A DNA stretch of 64,000 bases from IMG/VR virus record IMGVR_UViG_3300036790_000366, positions 12,384 to 76,383 of that record; one strand, written 5' to 3'. Position 1 is the stretch's first letter, and the number at the start of each line of letters is the position of its first letter. Source of the stretch: a virus. Of the stretch, positions 54,774-63,742 are shown one piece after another. The notes below the pieces were generated by a model, which saw nothing but the letters and a program-made list of their open reading frames with translations, did not search any database and was not told the DNA's origin. Both the position numbers and the translations under genes were made by a program.

Positions 54774-55138
54774 AGTCGCTCATGGAACTGGTCCCCGGCC
54801 AGACGGTGAACTACCCGAGCAGGAACATGCGGGTGACGCGCGCTTTCCCCAAGCATTTCGAGGACGGCAGCTTCACCGCCTTCCAGGTCAAGCGGAACTA
54901 TCCGGAGGGCACGCTGTCCGTGCGGTGCGAGGTGCCGGAGAGCCTGACGGACATCTGGAAGGACTCCCCCGAATTCATGCTGGACTACTTCGAGCTGGAA
55001 GCCGACCAGCTGTATCGGTGGAGCTGCTTCAAGAACAACATGAGCTCGATCAAGCGGGGCATCCGCGCGAACGTGAAGCGGCACCTGCGCCGGAAGTACG
55101 GAAAGGAAGGACAGCTCCATGTCAGAGTCTACGGCTGA
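54770..55138 (+). CDS. Hypothetical protein
   Basis: ATGA coupling. Confidence 0.55.
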   Translation: MKSLMELVPGQTVNYPSRNMRVTRAFPKHFEDGSFTAFQVKRNYPEGTLSVRCEVPESLTDIWKDSPEFMLDYFELEADQLYRWSCFKNNMSSIKRGIRANVKRHLRRKYGKEGQLHVRVYG

Positions 55139-55316
55139 GAAGCCGCGAAAGGGGTTCTGGTTCTTTTTCACCGCGACCTCAGCCTGCGGATCCTGCTTCC
55201 TGGCAGCGATGGAAGGGATGTTCGGGCACCTGTTCTTCGCGGTCTTCTACACCCTGACGGCCATCGTGTGGGCGACTGCGGCCGAGAAGTCCATCAGGCC
55301 GCACGATGTCGAATAA
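55119..55316 (+). CDS. Small 2-TM protein
   Basis: 65 aa hydrophobic. Confidence 0.5.
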   Translation: MSESTAEKPRKGFWFFFTATSACGSCFLAAMEGMFGHLFFAVFYTLTAIVWATAAEKSIRPHDVE

Positions 55317-55557
55317 CCCGGCCCCGCTGTCCAAGGAGCAGCAGGACTGCCTGCGGGAGCTGGAAAGCCAGTACCAGACGTCCGTCATGGAGGACTACAA
55401 GCTGGACGAGCTGATACTCCTGGCGCACAAGAAGAAGATCTCGTGGGCCGAGATAGCCAGGTCGATCGGGGTCAGCAAGCAGGCGGTCACCAAGAAGTAC
55501 TCGGAAATGGAGAGGAGGGCGAAGTCGGATGAGTACAACCGGCTCCACGGACGTTAA
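55306..55557 (+). CDS. HTH DNA-binding protein
   Basis: 'ISWAEIARSIGVSKQAVTKKY'. Confidence 0.75.
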   Translation: MSNNPAPLSKEQQDCLRELESQYQTSVMEDYKLDELILLAHKKKISWAEIARSIGVSKQAVTKKYSEMERRAKSDEYNRLHGR

Positions 55558-55936
55558 GACCCTGGAGATGAGGGCGTTCGACCTGCGCAAGGCCGGGCAC
55601 ACCTTCCAACAAGTCGGCGTCCTGCTCAGCACCCCGAAGCACCAGGTCTCCGCGGATGAAGCGGAAGCTCTCGTCTACGGCTACATGCGCCGCACCCGGG
55701 AGGAGAACCGGCTGAAGCTGGAGGAGGAGGCGGACTTCAACCTTTTCTCCACGATCGACCTGGACTGGCACAAGAAGTCCGCCTCCTGCACCCTGAGGCA
55801 CCCGCCGGACTTCAAGAACCCGGTCTTCAAGGTGCGGGCCAAGCGCTCCGACAAGGAAGCCACGGAGAAGTCGGACAGCGAACTGCTGGACCTGGTGGCC
55901 GCCGTCCGGGCCCACAACTACAAGTACCACCCATGA
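55529..55936 (+). CDS. HTH-containing protein
   Basis: 'AFDLRKAGHTFQQVGVLL'. Confidence 0.55.
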   Translation: MSTTGSTDVKTLEMRAFDLRKAGHTFQQVGVLLSTPKHQVSADEAEALVYGYMRRTREENRLKLEEEADFNLFSTIDLDWHKKSASCTLRHPPDFKNPVFKVRAKRSDKEATEKSDSELLDLVAAVRAHNYKYHP

Positions 55937-56139
55937 CAGCACTTCCGAGCAGGTACTACACGACACGTTTCGACCTGTCCTGGGGACAGCACGACATACA
56001 GCTTCGTTGCAGGACATGCAACGGATTGCCGCTGGCGACGGCGGCGGAACTGAGCCTCGACACCCAAGTCAAGGTCGCTACAGCACACGAGCACGTGCAC
56101 CACCCTAAAATTCCATTCGAGCAGACACAAGGGCGATGA
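55933..56139 (+). CDS. Small CxxC/HxxxxH protein
   Basis: 68 aa, coupled. Confidence 0.5.
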   Translation: MTALPSRYYTTRFDLSWGQHDIQLRCRTCNGLPLATAAELSLDTQVKVATAHEHVHHPKIPFEQTQGR

Positions 56140-57038
56140 GAATGAACAAGCGATTCCGTACCGTGGCCTCCATCGTGGCCGCCGTGGTGGTGGCCGGAGG
56201 CGTGGCAGCGGCCACCGAGGCCGTCAGCACCACCTACAGCGGCGGCGGGGCCTACACCGCGGTCAGTACCTACCGGGCCCTGGACACGCGCTCCACGGCC
56301 CCCGTGGCGGCCGGGAAGGACGTCTCCCTGTCCTTCTCCGCCCCCGTCCCGGCGGACGCCACCGCGGTGGTCCTGAACGTCACCGCGACGGACATCAAGA
56401 CCTCCGGGTACCTGTCCGCGGACTCCAGCGACGACACCACGCCCAAGGCCACCTCGACGGTGAACTTCTCGGGCGCCGGGCAGAGTGTGGCGAACACCAC
56501 CACCGTGCAGCTCGGCAAGGACGGGAAGGTGGACGTCTGGAACTTCTCCGGGTCCACCCTGGACGTGGTGGTGGACGTCCTCGGTTACTTCGAGACCCCG
56601 ACCGTCACCGCGGCCCCGGCGGTCCCGGTCGTCAACGACCTCGGCGGCATGGCCTCGGTCCCGACCGGCGGCAGCTTCAACTCCCTGGCCCCGGAGGTGG
56701 GCACGTTCGACCTGACGCCCGGGACCTACCAGGTGGTGATGAACGCGAAGGTCACCCCGATCGTGCAGGCGAACGCGGCCACGCAGGTGTTCCCGTCCCT
56801 CCACCTGTACAACCAGGTGAAGAACGCGAACTTCTCCGGTGACGTGCTGGACGTCGGCGGGAGCGCGCTGGAGTCCGGCGCCTACAAGAACGTGGACTCG
56901 AACTACAGCGGGACCGCGATCGTCACCGTGGCCGCCGACACGACGTTCCACGTCTACGGGTTCGGCTACGACAGCGACACCGGCGCCGGTAGCTACCAGC
57001 TGGACGACCTCTCCGTGACCGTGGTCCAGATCGGCTAG
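56136..57038 (+). CDS. Secreted/surface protein with an actinobacterial 'RxLDTR...AVVLNVT...DVxGY' domain
   Basis: Sec signal peptide; motif typical of actinobacterial secreted proteins. Confidence 0.75.
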   Translation: MRMNKRFRTVASIVAAVVVAGGVAAATEAVSTTYSGGGAYTAVSTYRALDTRSTAPVAAGKDVSLSFSAPVPADATAVVLNVTATDIKTSGYLSADSSDDTTPKATSTVNFSGAGQSVANTTTVQLGKDGKVDVWNFSGSTLDVVVDVLGYFETPTVTAAPAVPVVNDLGGMASVPTGGSFNSLAPEVGTFDLTPGTYQVVMNAKVTPIVQANAATQVFPSLHLYNQVKNANFSGDVLDVGGSALESGAYKNVDSNYSGTAIVTVAADTTFHVYGFGYDSDTGAGSYQLDDLSVTVVQIG

Positions 57039-57043
57039 GAATC

Positions 57044-57088
57044 CCCGAAGACCGCCCCGTCCCCCTCCCGGGGTGCGGGGCTTTCGGA
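57044..57088 (+). terminator. Hairpin, probable terminator
   Basis: GCCCCG..CCCC...GGGG..CGGGGC followed by TTT. Confidence 0.5.
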
Positions 57089-57106
57089 GTGAGAGAAGGA
57101 GGAAGA

Positions 57107-57598
57107 ATGGAAGCCGATCCGAAGCTTCAGTTCACCGGGCACGCCACACCGGAGGAACGGCGCAAGGCGAAGTTGTTCGTGGTGAACCAAGCTGCGCAGA
57201 ACAATTGGTCCCCGGAGGTGGTGCACCAGATCGCGGACCTCATATTCCGCACTCCCCCGGGGCCGACGCTGGAGACCTTCAAGCCGTACCTGAGCACGAA
57301 GGTGAGCTTCCGCGGCGGACGCCCCACGAAGTTCTCCCTGCTGCACGCCGTCCAGGAGGGGGAGGTCTTCTGGGACGAGGCGGACAGCCGGTGGAAGACC
57401 CCGGACTGCGACACGGTCCACGAGGCCCTGGCGAACCTCATCGTCGTGGGCCAGCTGCGGGTGAGCGACGACGACGCCACGCTGCTGGAGCTGACCTGGA
57501 GCGGCACCAGGTACCACGACCTCCGGCTGATGGACCGCACCAAGTGGGCCATGTACCGGAAGACCACCACCAGGACCAAGACGAAGGAACCGAGTTGA
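57107..57598 (+). CDS. Hypothetical protein
   Basis: AGGAGG RBS. Confidence 0.6.
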   Translation: MEADPKLQFTGHATPEERRKAKLFVVNQAAQNNWSPEVVHQIADLIFRTPPGPTLETFKPYLSTKVSFRGGRPTKFSLLHAVQEGEVFWDEADSRWKTPDCDTVHEALANLIVVGQLRVSDDDATLLELTWSGTRYHDLRLMDRTKWAMYRKTTTRTKTKEPS

Positions 57599-58047
57599 GA
57601 ATCGAGCTGAACGAAGAGCAGGCGCAGTGGATCCGCGTCGGACTGCTCTGCTACCGGAACACCTGCCAGGTTCCTGCGAGCTTCGGCAGTGTGGAGTTCC
57701 TGGCGAAGGTCCACCAGATCCAGAGCGCCATCGAGTGGTTCGACGAGGAAACAGCCAGCGCGAAGTTCTGGGAGGGGAAGACCGTGGAAGCCATCGTGGA
57801 CGACACCTCGTCCGGCCCGAGTCTCGCAGACGTTCAGAAGGAACTGTCCTTCGGGGAGCCGAAGACCCGTTGCATGGCCTGCAACCAACCGGTCTTCTGG
57901 CTGAGGGACCCGGGCGAGCCCATGAGGTGGCTGCACAGCCACCAGAGGTCCGCTGACGGCCACGCGCCCGTAGTGCGTGCCTCTGACGCCGAAGAGGCTG
58001 AAAGGCTCGCAAACGGGCTCGAAGGGCCTCCTGAGCCCGTCAGGTGA
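57595..58047 (+). CDS. Hypothetical protein with CxxC motif
   Basis: TTG start overlapping the previous stop. Confidence 0.55.
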   Translation: MRIELNEEQAQWIRVGLLCYRNTCQVPASFGSVEFLAKVHQIQSAIEWFDEETASAKFWEGKTVEAIVDDTSSGPSLADVQKELSFGEPKTRCMACNQPVFWLRDPGEPMRWLHSHQRSADGHAPVVRASDAEEAERLANGLEGPPEPVR

Positions 58048-58223
58048 CTTCCCGACGCGCACCGGGATGCCGTCTACTTCCAAAGCCGTGTCGTCTCGAT
58101 GTCCCGCGACATCGGCGAGATCTGCGCCATGATAGAGGAGTGGGAGGACAAGACTCCGAGCTTCCCGTCGGTGACGGCGTTGAACGCCATCAAGAAGCAC
58201 CTTGTGGAGAAGGGATACATGGA

Positions 58224-58427
58224 ATGACGGGGATCTTCAAGAACGGGCGCAGGAAGCCGGGCGTCAGCTGGTCCGGGCAGGCCGCCGGAACCGGTTCGGA
58301 GCAGGTGCCCAACAAGCCCTGCGAGGACGGCCACAGGACCCCCGTCATCGTCAGCGAGGACAAGCAGGCGGGGACGCGGCAGATGACCTGCCAGTCCTGC
58401 GGGGGCAACTGGAGTGAGAGGCTATGA
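58224..58427 (+). CDS. Small Zn-ribbon protein
   Basis: C...H...CQSC; ATGA coupling. Confidence 0.55.
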   Translation: MTGIFKNGRRKPGVSWSGQAAGTGSEQVPNKPCEDGHRTPVIVSEDKQAGTRQMTCQSCGGNWSERL

Positions 58428-59008
58428 ACAAAAAAGCTGTGAACGAAATCAAGATCGAAGAAATCAAGCTGGCACTCACCCTGTCGGCCCTGGAGGGCGC
58501 GGTTCCGGGCACCATGGTGGAGGACGAGGACGAGGATGTCTGGAAGAAGGGGAAGGACTACTGCTGGTACATGCTGGACGACGGCGGCGCCCCGCTGGCC
58601 ATACCGCACTCCTCGCTGTTCATTTACGAGCTCGGGGAACTGGCCTACCTCGGGATCTCCCTGGCAGTCCAGCAGAAGTCGAAGAACGGCGTCACCGGGG
58701 CGCAGCTGGCGGAGTCCAGCCGGATCGTGGACGAGGCCGACTCCGGCACGCTTCTCAACGTCCAGACCTTCGAGTTCGTTGACGTCTTCGGCGACACGAG
58801 CCCGAAGGAACTCCACGAACTGGTGAGGCAGGGGCGGTACTTCCTCAACGCCAACGACCCGGAAGAGCTCATGTGGGGCTGCAACGACCACATCGACACG
58901 GAGGTCAACGAAGTCGTGGACGCCTGCTACTTCACCCGTGCGCGCGGGACCGACGTCGTCGTCCTGCTGAAGTGGATCGATAAGCACGAGGCGGAGCACC
59001 ACTCATGA
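58424..59008 (+). CDS. Hypothetical acidic protein
   Basis: 194 aa. Confidence 0.6.
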   Translation: MNKKAVNEIKIEEIKLALTLSALEGAVPGTMVEDEDEDVWKKGKDYCWYMLDDGGAPLAIPHSSLFIYELGELAYLGISLAVQQKSKNGVTGAQLAESSRIVDEADSGTLLNVQTFEFVDVFGDTSPKELHELVRQGRYFLNANDPEELMWGCNDHIDTEVNEVVDACYFTRARGTDVVVLLKWIDKHEAEHHS

Positions 59009-59220
59009 GCTTCACCGGGCAGCACGTCAAGACGGAGAAACTCTCCTGGAAGAAGGCGGTCATCTGCAACGCGGCCACCAACTGCGTGGAGGTCGCCTTC
59101 TCCGAGGACGGCACGGTGCACGTCCGCGATTCCGGCGACCCGACGGGGCCGGTGCTGGTCTTCACCAAAGAGGAGTGGGACGCCTTCCTCGAAGGAATAA
59201 GGAACGGAGACTTCGGGTGA
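59005..59220 (+). CDS. DUF397 (BldB-family) protein
   Basis: 'WKKA......NCVEVA....G.VHVRDS.DP.GPVLVFT..EWDAFL.G...GDF'. Confidence 0.9.
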   Translation: MSFTGQHVKTEKLSWKKAVICNAATNCVEVAFSEDGTVHVRDSGDPTGPVLVFTKEEWDAFLEGIRNGDFG

Positions 59221-59657
59221 AGGACAGGACAACCGGCTGGCACAGGCGGCAGGCGGCGCAGCTCGCCATGGCCGACGACTTCAACAACGGCAGGAAGGAA
59301 GAGGAGGAGCTGATGGGCGCGGAGGGAGACCCGGAGACCACGTACGCCGTGGAGGGCGAGAACCTGGTGATGACCTGCTCGCAGTGCGGCAGGTTCTACG
59401 ACGACCGCGTCACCAAGAACCCGGTCGGCTTCGACAACGTCGTGCGCAACCAGACCGTGGTCCACCTCCGGGACAGGCACAGGAAGCCCCTGGAGGTGCC
59501 GTACGCCGTCTGGCAGGCCTACGGGGCAGCGGAGGTCATGAAGGACCTGGACGGCGTCTACGTCCGCCTCTCCTTCGACCGGAGCAATTCCCTGAAGTTC
59601 AACTACGCCGAGTGGGACGCGTTCCTGAGCGGCGCGCGGAAGGACTTCAGCCGATGA
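59217..59657 (+). CDS. Protein with CxxC-HxxxxH motif and a degenerate C-terminal DUF397-like module
   Basis: 'AEV....DGVYVR.S......LKFNYAEWDAFLSGAR'. Confidence 0.6.
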   Translation: MKDRTTGWHRRQAAQLAMADDFNNGRKEEEELMGAEGDPETTYAVEGENLVMTCSQCGRFYDDRVTKNPVGFDNVVRNQTVVHLRDRHRKPLEVPYAVWQAYGAAEVMKDLDGVYVRLSFDRSNSLKFNYAEWDAFLSGARKDFSR

Positions 59658-59824
59658 TCCTCGTGGCGATGGTCTTCTTCCTGCTGGACACCCTCGTCTC
59701 CAACGGGACGATCCACTCCGGCCTGCGGGAGATGTCCCCGCAGTCCCTGACCGCCGCGGGCCTGTTCTTCCTGACCCTGGCGGTCATCACCGGCCCGCAG
59801 TGGCCGTTCAACCGAAGGAAGTAG
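59654..59824 (+). CDS. Small 2-TM protein
   Basis: 56 aa hydrophobic, ATGA coupling. Confidence 0.55.
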   Translation: MILVAMVFFLLDTLVSNGTIHSGLREMSPQSLTAAGLFFLTLAVITGPQWPFNRRK

Positions 59825-59834
59825 GGCTGAACGA

Positions 59835-60191
59835 ATGACCTGGACGGCGGACAACGTTCCGCGGGAACTGCTGGAGATAATCTCCGACGCGGCCGACAAG
59901 GGCCACAAGAACGGCGGAGAAGTGGCGAAGAACCTCGCGGACGTCCTGAACGCGTACGACGTCATCAAGCTCCAGGACAAGGCCTACACCATCCTGGAAT
60001 CGCTGCCGGTGGGGTCCGAGGTCTTCCAGAAAGGGAGCAAGGCGGACAAGAACACTTCCTACCGCAAAGTGGACCACAACGGAAACCTGGTCTGGGAGTA
60101 CTACCGCTACGGAGTCGGTTCCAGGTGCTTCATGGGCTCCAAGACCCTGCTGGGCAACTACGGCCCGCTTGAGCTGAGGATCGGATCGTAA
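59835..60191 (+). CDS. Hypothetical protein
   Basis: 118 aa. Confidence 0.55.
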   Translation: MTWTADNVPRELLEIISDAADKGHKNGGEVAKNLADVLNAYDVIKLQDKAYTILESLPVGSEVFQKGSKADKNTSYRKVDHNGNLVWEYYRYGVGSRCFMGSKTLLGNYGPLELRIGS

Positions 60192-60193
60192 CC

Positions 60194-60565
60194 GTGGTGG
60201 AACTCGGACCGCAGGACGAGGGCATGAAGAACGGCCACATGGCCGCGGAATGCCCGCTCAGGGAGAACATCGCCAGGTTCGGCAGTAAGTACCCCTGCTG
60301 GATCCACGGAGCCTGTAACCTGATGAAAGAAGTGAAGGACCAGGACGAGTACAAGCGACACGTCTTCATCAGCTTCCAGGACGGTACCAAGGACAAGTTC
60401 AACTTCTTCGTGGACAAGGACTCCAAGGAGGTGGCCGGTTCCATGAAGTTCTTCGACAAGGGCGTCCTGCTCTTCAGGACTTCCTGGGACGGCTTGGAGT
60501 ACATACTGGTGAACATCGGCAGCGTTCACCTTTTCGCTGTGAAGAAGGGCTGGAGCCAGATTTGA
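60194..60565 (+). CDS. Hypothetical protein
   Basis: 123 aa; start may be the internal ATG. Confidence 0.55.
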   Translation: MVELGPQDEGMKNGHMAAECPLRENIARFGSKYPCWIHGACNLMKEVKDQDEYKRHVFISFQDGTKDKFNFFVDKDSKEVAGSMKFFDKGVLLFRTSWDGLEYILVNIGSVHLFAVKKGWSQI

Positions 60566-60882
60566 CTGAAAGAGCTGAGGTCTCCAAGGAGTCTGAGGTA
60601 TACGATCCGGAGGCGCACATCCTCCGGGTCATGGAGGACATGTGCGAGACCTGCATATTCCGTCCCGGGAACCTGATGCACCTGGCCCCCGGGAAATTGC
60701 AGAGGATGGTGAGGGAGACGCGGGAGGAACCCATGGGTAACATCCCGTGCCACGACACCCTGCCGTACTCGCTTCCTCCTCAGGAGAAGGCGGCGGTCTG
60801 CCGCGGTTGGTGGGACGCCTACGCCGGGGAGAAGTTCTGGTCCACGATGATCCCGATAGAGCTATGGAGGCCTGTGAAGTGA
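60562..60882 (+). CDS. Cys-rich hypothetical protein
   Basis: 'CETCIFRPGN.M.L..G...CH.TL...AVCRGW' recurrent in actinobacterial mobile elements. Confidence 0.6.
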   Translation: MTERAEVSKESEVYDPEAHILRVMEDMCETCIFRPGNLMHLAPGKLQRMVRETREEPMGNIPCHDTLPYSLPPQEKAAVCRGWWDAYAGEKFWSTMIPIELWRPVK

Positions 60883-61211
60883 GCTCGAAAGACTTTTTCG
60901 AAGCAGGGAAGACCTACATCGAGAACGAGCCGTACCGCGCCCCTGAGGTCACCGCCGTCTTCATGGTGGTGTGGTTGGGAACGCTCCCCGGGACGGATAC
61001 CGTGTTCGCCTTCGGGTTCACCACCCCGGCCTTCCCCGGGGACAAGTGGGAGGTGTACCTGACCACCAAGCCGGAGGACGAGGATGAAGGACCGTTCGAG
61101 CATGAGTGGCTGGAGGCCGTCTGGGACGACGGCCAGAAGGTCCACTTCTGGCGTCCGAAGTCCCCGGGAGAAGTGAGCAACAAGCCCGAACACGGTTCCG
61201 AGGGATCGTGA
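60879..61211 (+). CDS. Hypothetical protein
   Basis: GTGA coupling. Confidence 0.55.
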   Translation: MSSKDFFEAGKTYIENEPYRAPEVTAVFMVVWLGTLPGTDTVFAFGFTTPAFPGDKWEVYLTTKPEDEDEGPFEHEWLEAVWDDGQKVHFWRPKSPGEVSNKPEHGSEGS

Positions 61212-61429
61212 GCAACAAGGCAGCGAGCAACCTCGAACAGAAGGCGAAAACCCTCAGGATCCAGAAGGACGCCTACGAACTGGCCTACCGGGAACTGCTC
61301 AGCGGTGTGGGGAACTTCGCCAAGGACAACCCGTGCCTGGACCTGACCGCCCTGGGGCAGCTCTCCACGGACATCGCGGCTAGACTCATGTACCAACTCT
61401 CCAAAGTCGAAGACAGGAGGAAGACGTGA
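61208..61429 (+). CDS. Small hypothetical protein
   Basis: GTGA coupling. Confidence 0.55.
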   Translation: MSNKAASNLEQKAKTLRIQKDAYELAYRELLSGVGNFAKDNPCLDLTALGQLSTDIAARLMYQLSKVEDRRKT

Positions 61430-61803
61430 AGACCGGAAGGATAGCGACCAGTGTCCTGCTGGGGATCGACGACGAGCCGATGTTCCTCCCCGAAGAAGTC
61501 TGGACGGGCATCCGGGACAAGGCCTTCGACCACGTGAAGTTCTTCCACAAGCTCGCACAGAGCACGGAGGACTGCTACCTGTTCGAGGCAGCCGGTCACA
61601 ACAGGGTCGTGCAGATCCGCGGAAGAATCTTCACCACGGACGTGAAGCGCTTGGCGGAACAGATCCAGCATCTTCTCGCGTCCTTCGAACTTCCCACGCC
61701 CACCGTCGCCATGCTTACCTTGCTCGCGACCGACTTCAACAGGTCTCTCATCGTCACCAAGGACGCGGTAAAGCCTTGGGACAAGTTCATCAGAAGGGAG
61801 TAA
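61426..61803 (+). CDS. Hypothetical protein
   Basis: GTGA coupling, AGGAGG RBS. Confidence 0.55.
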   Translation: MKTGRIATSVLLGIDDEPMFLPEEVWTGIRDKAFDHVKFFHKLAQSTEDCYLFEAAGHNRVVQIRGRIFTTDVKRLAEQIQHLLASFELPTPTVAMLTLLATDFNRSLIVTKDAVKPWDKFIRRE

Positions 61804-61806
61804 GAA

Positions 61807-61983
61807 ATGAAAAACGAGGAGAAGGGCACCGTACAGGGTTCCCTTGCCGTACAGGGTCTCAAGGACACGAGGAGCACGTCCCTGGTGTCGCTGGCCCGTG
61901 AGGCGGGGCAGGAGCCCGGGAACGTGCTGCCGCCGGTGGAGACCGAAACCGTCGTAGTGGCGGCGTTCGCCTCATCCATTTAA
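61807..61983 (+). CDS. Small hypothetical protein, 58 aa (not in ORF track)
   Basis: MKNEEKGTVQG...AAFASSI; GGGAG RBS; last gene of the plus arm. Confidence 0.5.
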   Translation: MKNEEKGTVQGSLAVQGLKDTRSTSLVSLAREAGQEPGNVLPPVETETVVVAAFASSI

Positions 61984-62099
61984 CTCGCTTGCTCGTTGCC
62001 CCTTCGGGGGTAAGTTACTCATAGGTAACATATAGTACAAGAGTAAATCTGCAAGAAAAAGCCCCTGGTTCCGTTTCTGGTTCTGGGGGTTCTTTCGTA

Positions 62100-62455
62100 C
62101 CCCAAAATAAAAAAAATCTCAAAATCGGATCCTGCTAGAGGCCTCATTAGCGTGTCGGGGGTCTAGCCACCAAAAATAAAAAACGCCATGTGGCGAACCT
62201 TCTAGAGGCCTCATTAGTGGAAGGGGTCGCCGCCCTACCTTTTCAGCACCTCGGCGACATTCTGGCGGAAGCGACGGACGGATCACGCGGCGAGCGCCTG
62301 GCCCGCGCACGCCCCGCTGCCGCCCTGCCGTGTGCCGCTGGCTGCCCGGCTACCGCACAGTGCCGTGCACGGCTGAGAACGGCTGCTACGGCCTCCCCTT
62401 CGTCATGTGCCGTGTGCCGCTGGCCGCCCTGCCGACCGCTGCGAGCGCCTGGCTT
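62100..62455. repeat. Non-coding direct-repeat region (candidate genome end / packaging site)
   Basis: CTAGAGGCCTCATTAG x2, A-tract CCAAAA(A)TAAAAAA x2, TGCCGTGTGCCGCTGGC x2, GCGAGCGCCTGGC x2. Confidence 0.7.
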
Positions 62456-62662
62456 GTGCATGCTGCTGCCATATGTGTCCGATTCGTCCCAGGTTTGCTC
62501 GGCCCTCCGCGCCTGGCCTACGTCCATCCAGAAACCTGTTTTTCTCTGTTTTTGTGTTTTTCTCAAGTTGATCAGGGTGGCTCTGGAACCAGGCGCTACG
62601 CCGACCATAAACGTTCTGACCTGCGAATATGGTGTTTCTTAGTTTATGTGTTGAGAACTTTC

Positions 62663-63742
62663 TCAATCAATTCTCTGAGAAAGTGTTTCCGACTCGATTT
62701 CGTCGACAAAGTTGTCAACAGACTTATACCTCCTCGACGACGGGATCCGAGGCAAACCGCTGTTCACCTGCGACGATTGTTTTGGGAGCTTTTTGAGAAT
62801 TCTCTGCTCAGAAACGCTCTCAGAAGGCTTCCTGGGAGGATTCCTGTACGGCACGCCGTGTGAAGCGTCCATATTGGCGTCGTCCGGCTTCACACGGATC
62901 CTCAGACGCTTTTTCTGCGGCTGGGTGCTGTCAGGAACGTCAACGCTCAGCACAGGGTCTGTGAGCGGCACGGAAGGCATTTCCTCGGATTGAGACTGTA
63001 GCTGTTCCTTGTTGACGATGAAGTTCTCAAGGCGTTCCGGGAACTGCTCATCCCTTGAGTTCTCATCTTTTTCGGACTTGTCTCCACCTGTTGCCTTACG
63101 CAGTTTTTTCGGCTTTTTCAGGTGCTTCCGCGGAGGGTCGTCCTCGACGATTTCAGCGTCCACGACTTCCGTGGGAGCCGTTCTGTTGCTCGCGGCGATC
63201 CTGTCGAGTTCCCGCTGCTGCTCCTGCGGCGACGTCCCGGCGGCTTCCATCATGGACTTCAGGTAGTCCGATTGGCTTCCCTGAACCACCATGATTCCGT
63301 TGTTGACCAGGGCTTTCGACTCATTTCTCCGTTGTTCTATGACTTCCGGTGTGATGCCCAGAGTCTCCCGTCGGAACTGCATGACCCTCAAAATCATCCC
63401 AGCCTGTTCGTACTTCCCGGCATGGAACGCCAGCGTCAGGTGTTGTTGCAGGTCGTCAAGCCGTGCGAGGTCCAGAACAAGGATGTCTTCCGGCGTTTCA
63501 TACTGGTACGCCCGAAGGATTCCACGCATGTCAGAACCTACGTGAGCCGTACTTTTGTACCCGATGTCGGCTTCTACGATCTGCTGATAACTAGCTCCCG
63601 CCATCCTGAGATTCAATGCAGTCTGTCGACGTTCGTGCCGGTCAGCAGCCCTTTGAAGTTTTTCTGGGCTGGTAGGAATCTTGTTTTTTCTCAGGCTCCT
63701 ATATTTAGGCTTCATATTGACCGTTGTCTGCATTTTTCTCAC
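62663..63742 (-). CDS. Terminase small subunit-like HTH protein with long disordered tail
   Basis: 'ALNLRMAGASYQQI...GY...LDLARLDDL...ILRVMQFRRETLGI', the actinophage TerS-type pattern. Confidence 0.65.
   Translation of the reverse strand: MRKMQTTVNMKPKYRSLRKNKIPTSPEKLQRAADRHERRQTALNLRMAGASYQQIVEADIGYKSTAHVGSDMRGILRAYQYETPEDILVLDLARLDDLQQHLTLAFHAGKYEQAGMILRVMQFRRETLGITPEVIEQRRNESKALVNNGIMVVQGSQSDYLKSMMEAAGTSPQEQQRELDRIAASNRTAPTEVVDAEIVEDDPPRKHLKKPKKLRKATGGDKSEKDENSRDEQFPERLENFIVNKEQLQSQSEEMPSVPLTDPVLSVDVPDSTQPQKKRLRIRVKPDDANMDASHGVPYRNPPRKPSESVSEQRILKKLPKQSSQVNSGLPRIPSSRRYKSVDNFVDEIESETLSQRID

Noticed and set aside
62100-62455. Possible CRISPR or mini-array
   Set aside because: Each repeat occurs only twice, with different units and no regular spacers; no cas operon
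62190-62863. Overlapping ORFs in the terminal non-coding region
   Set aside because: Low-complexity translations of repeats with no RBS
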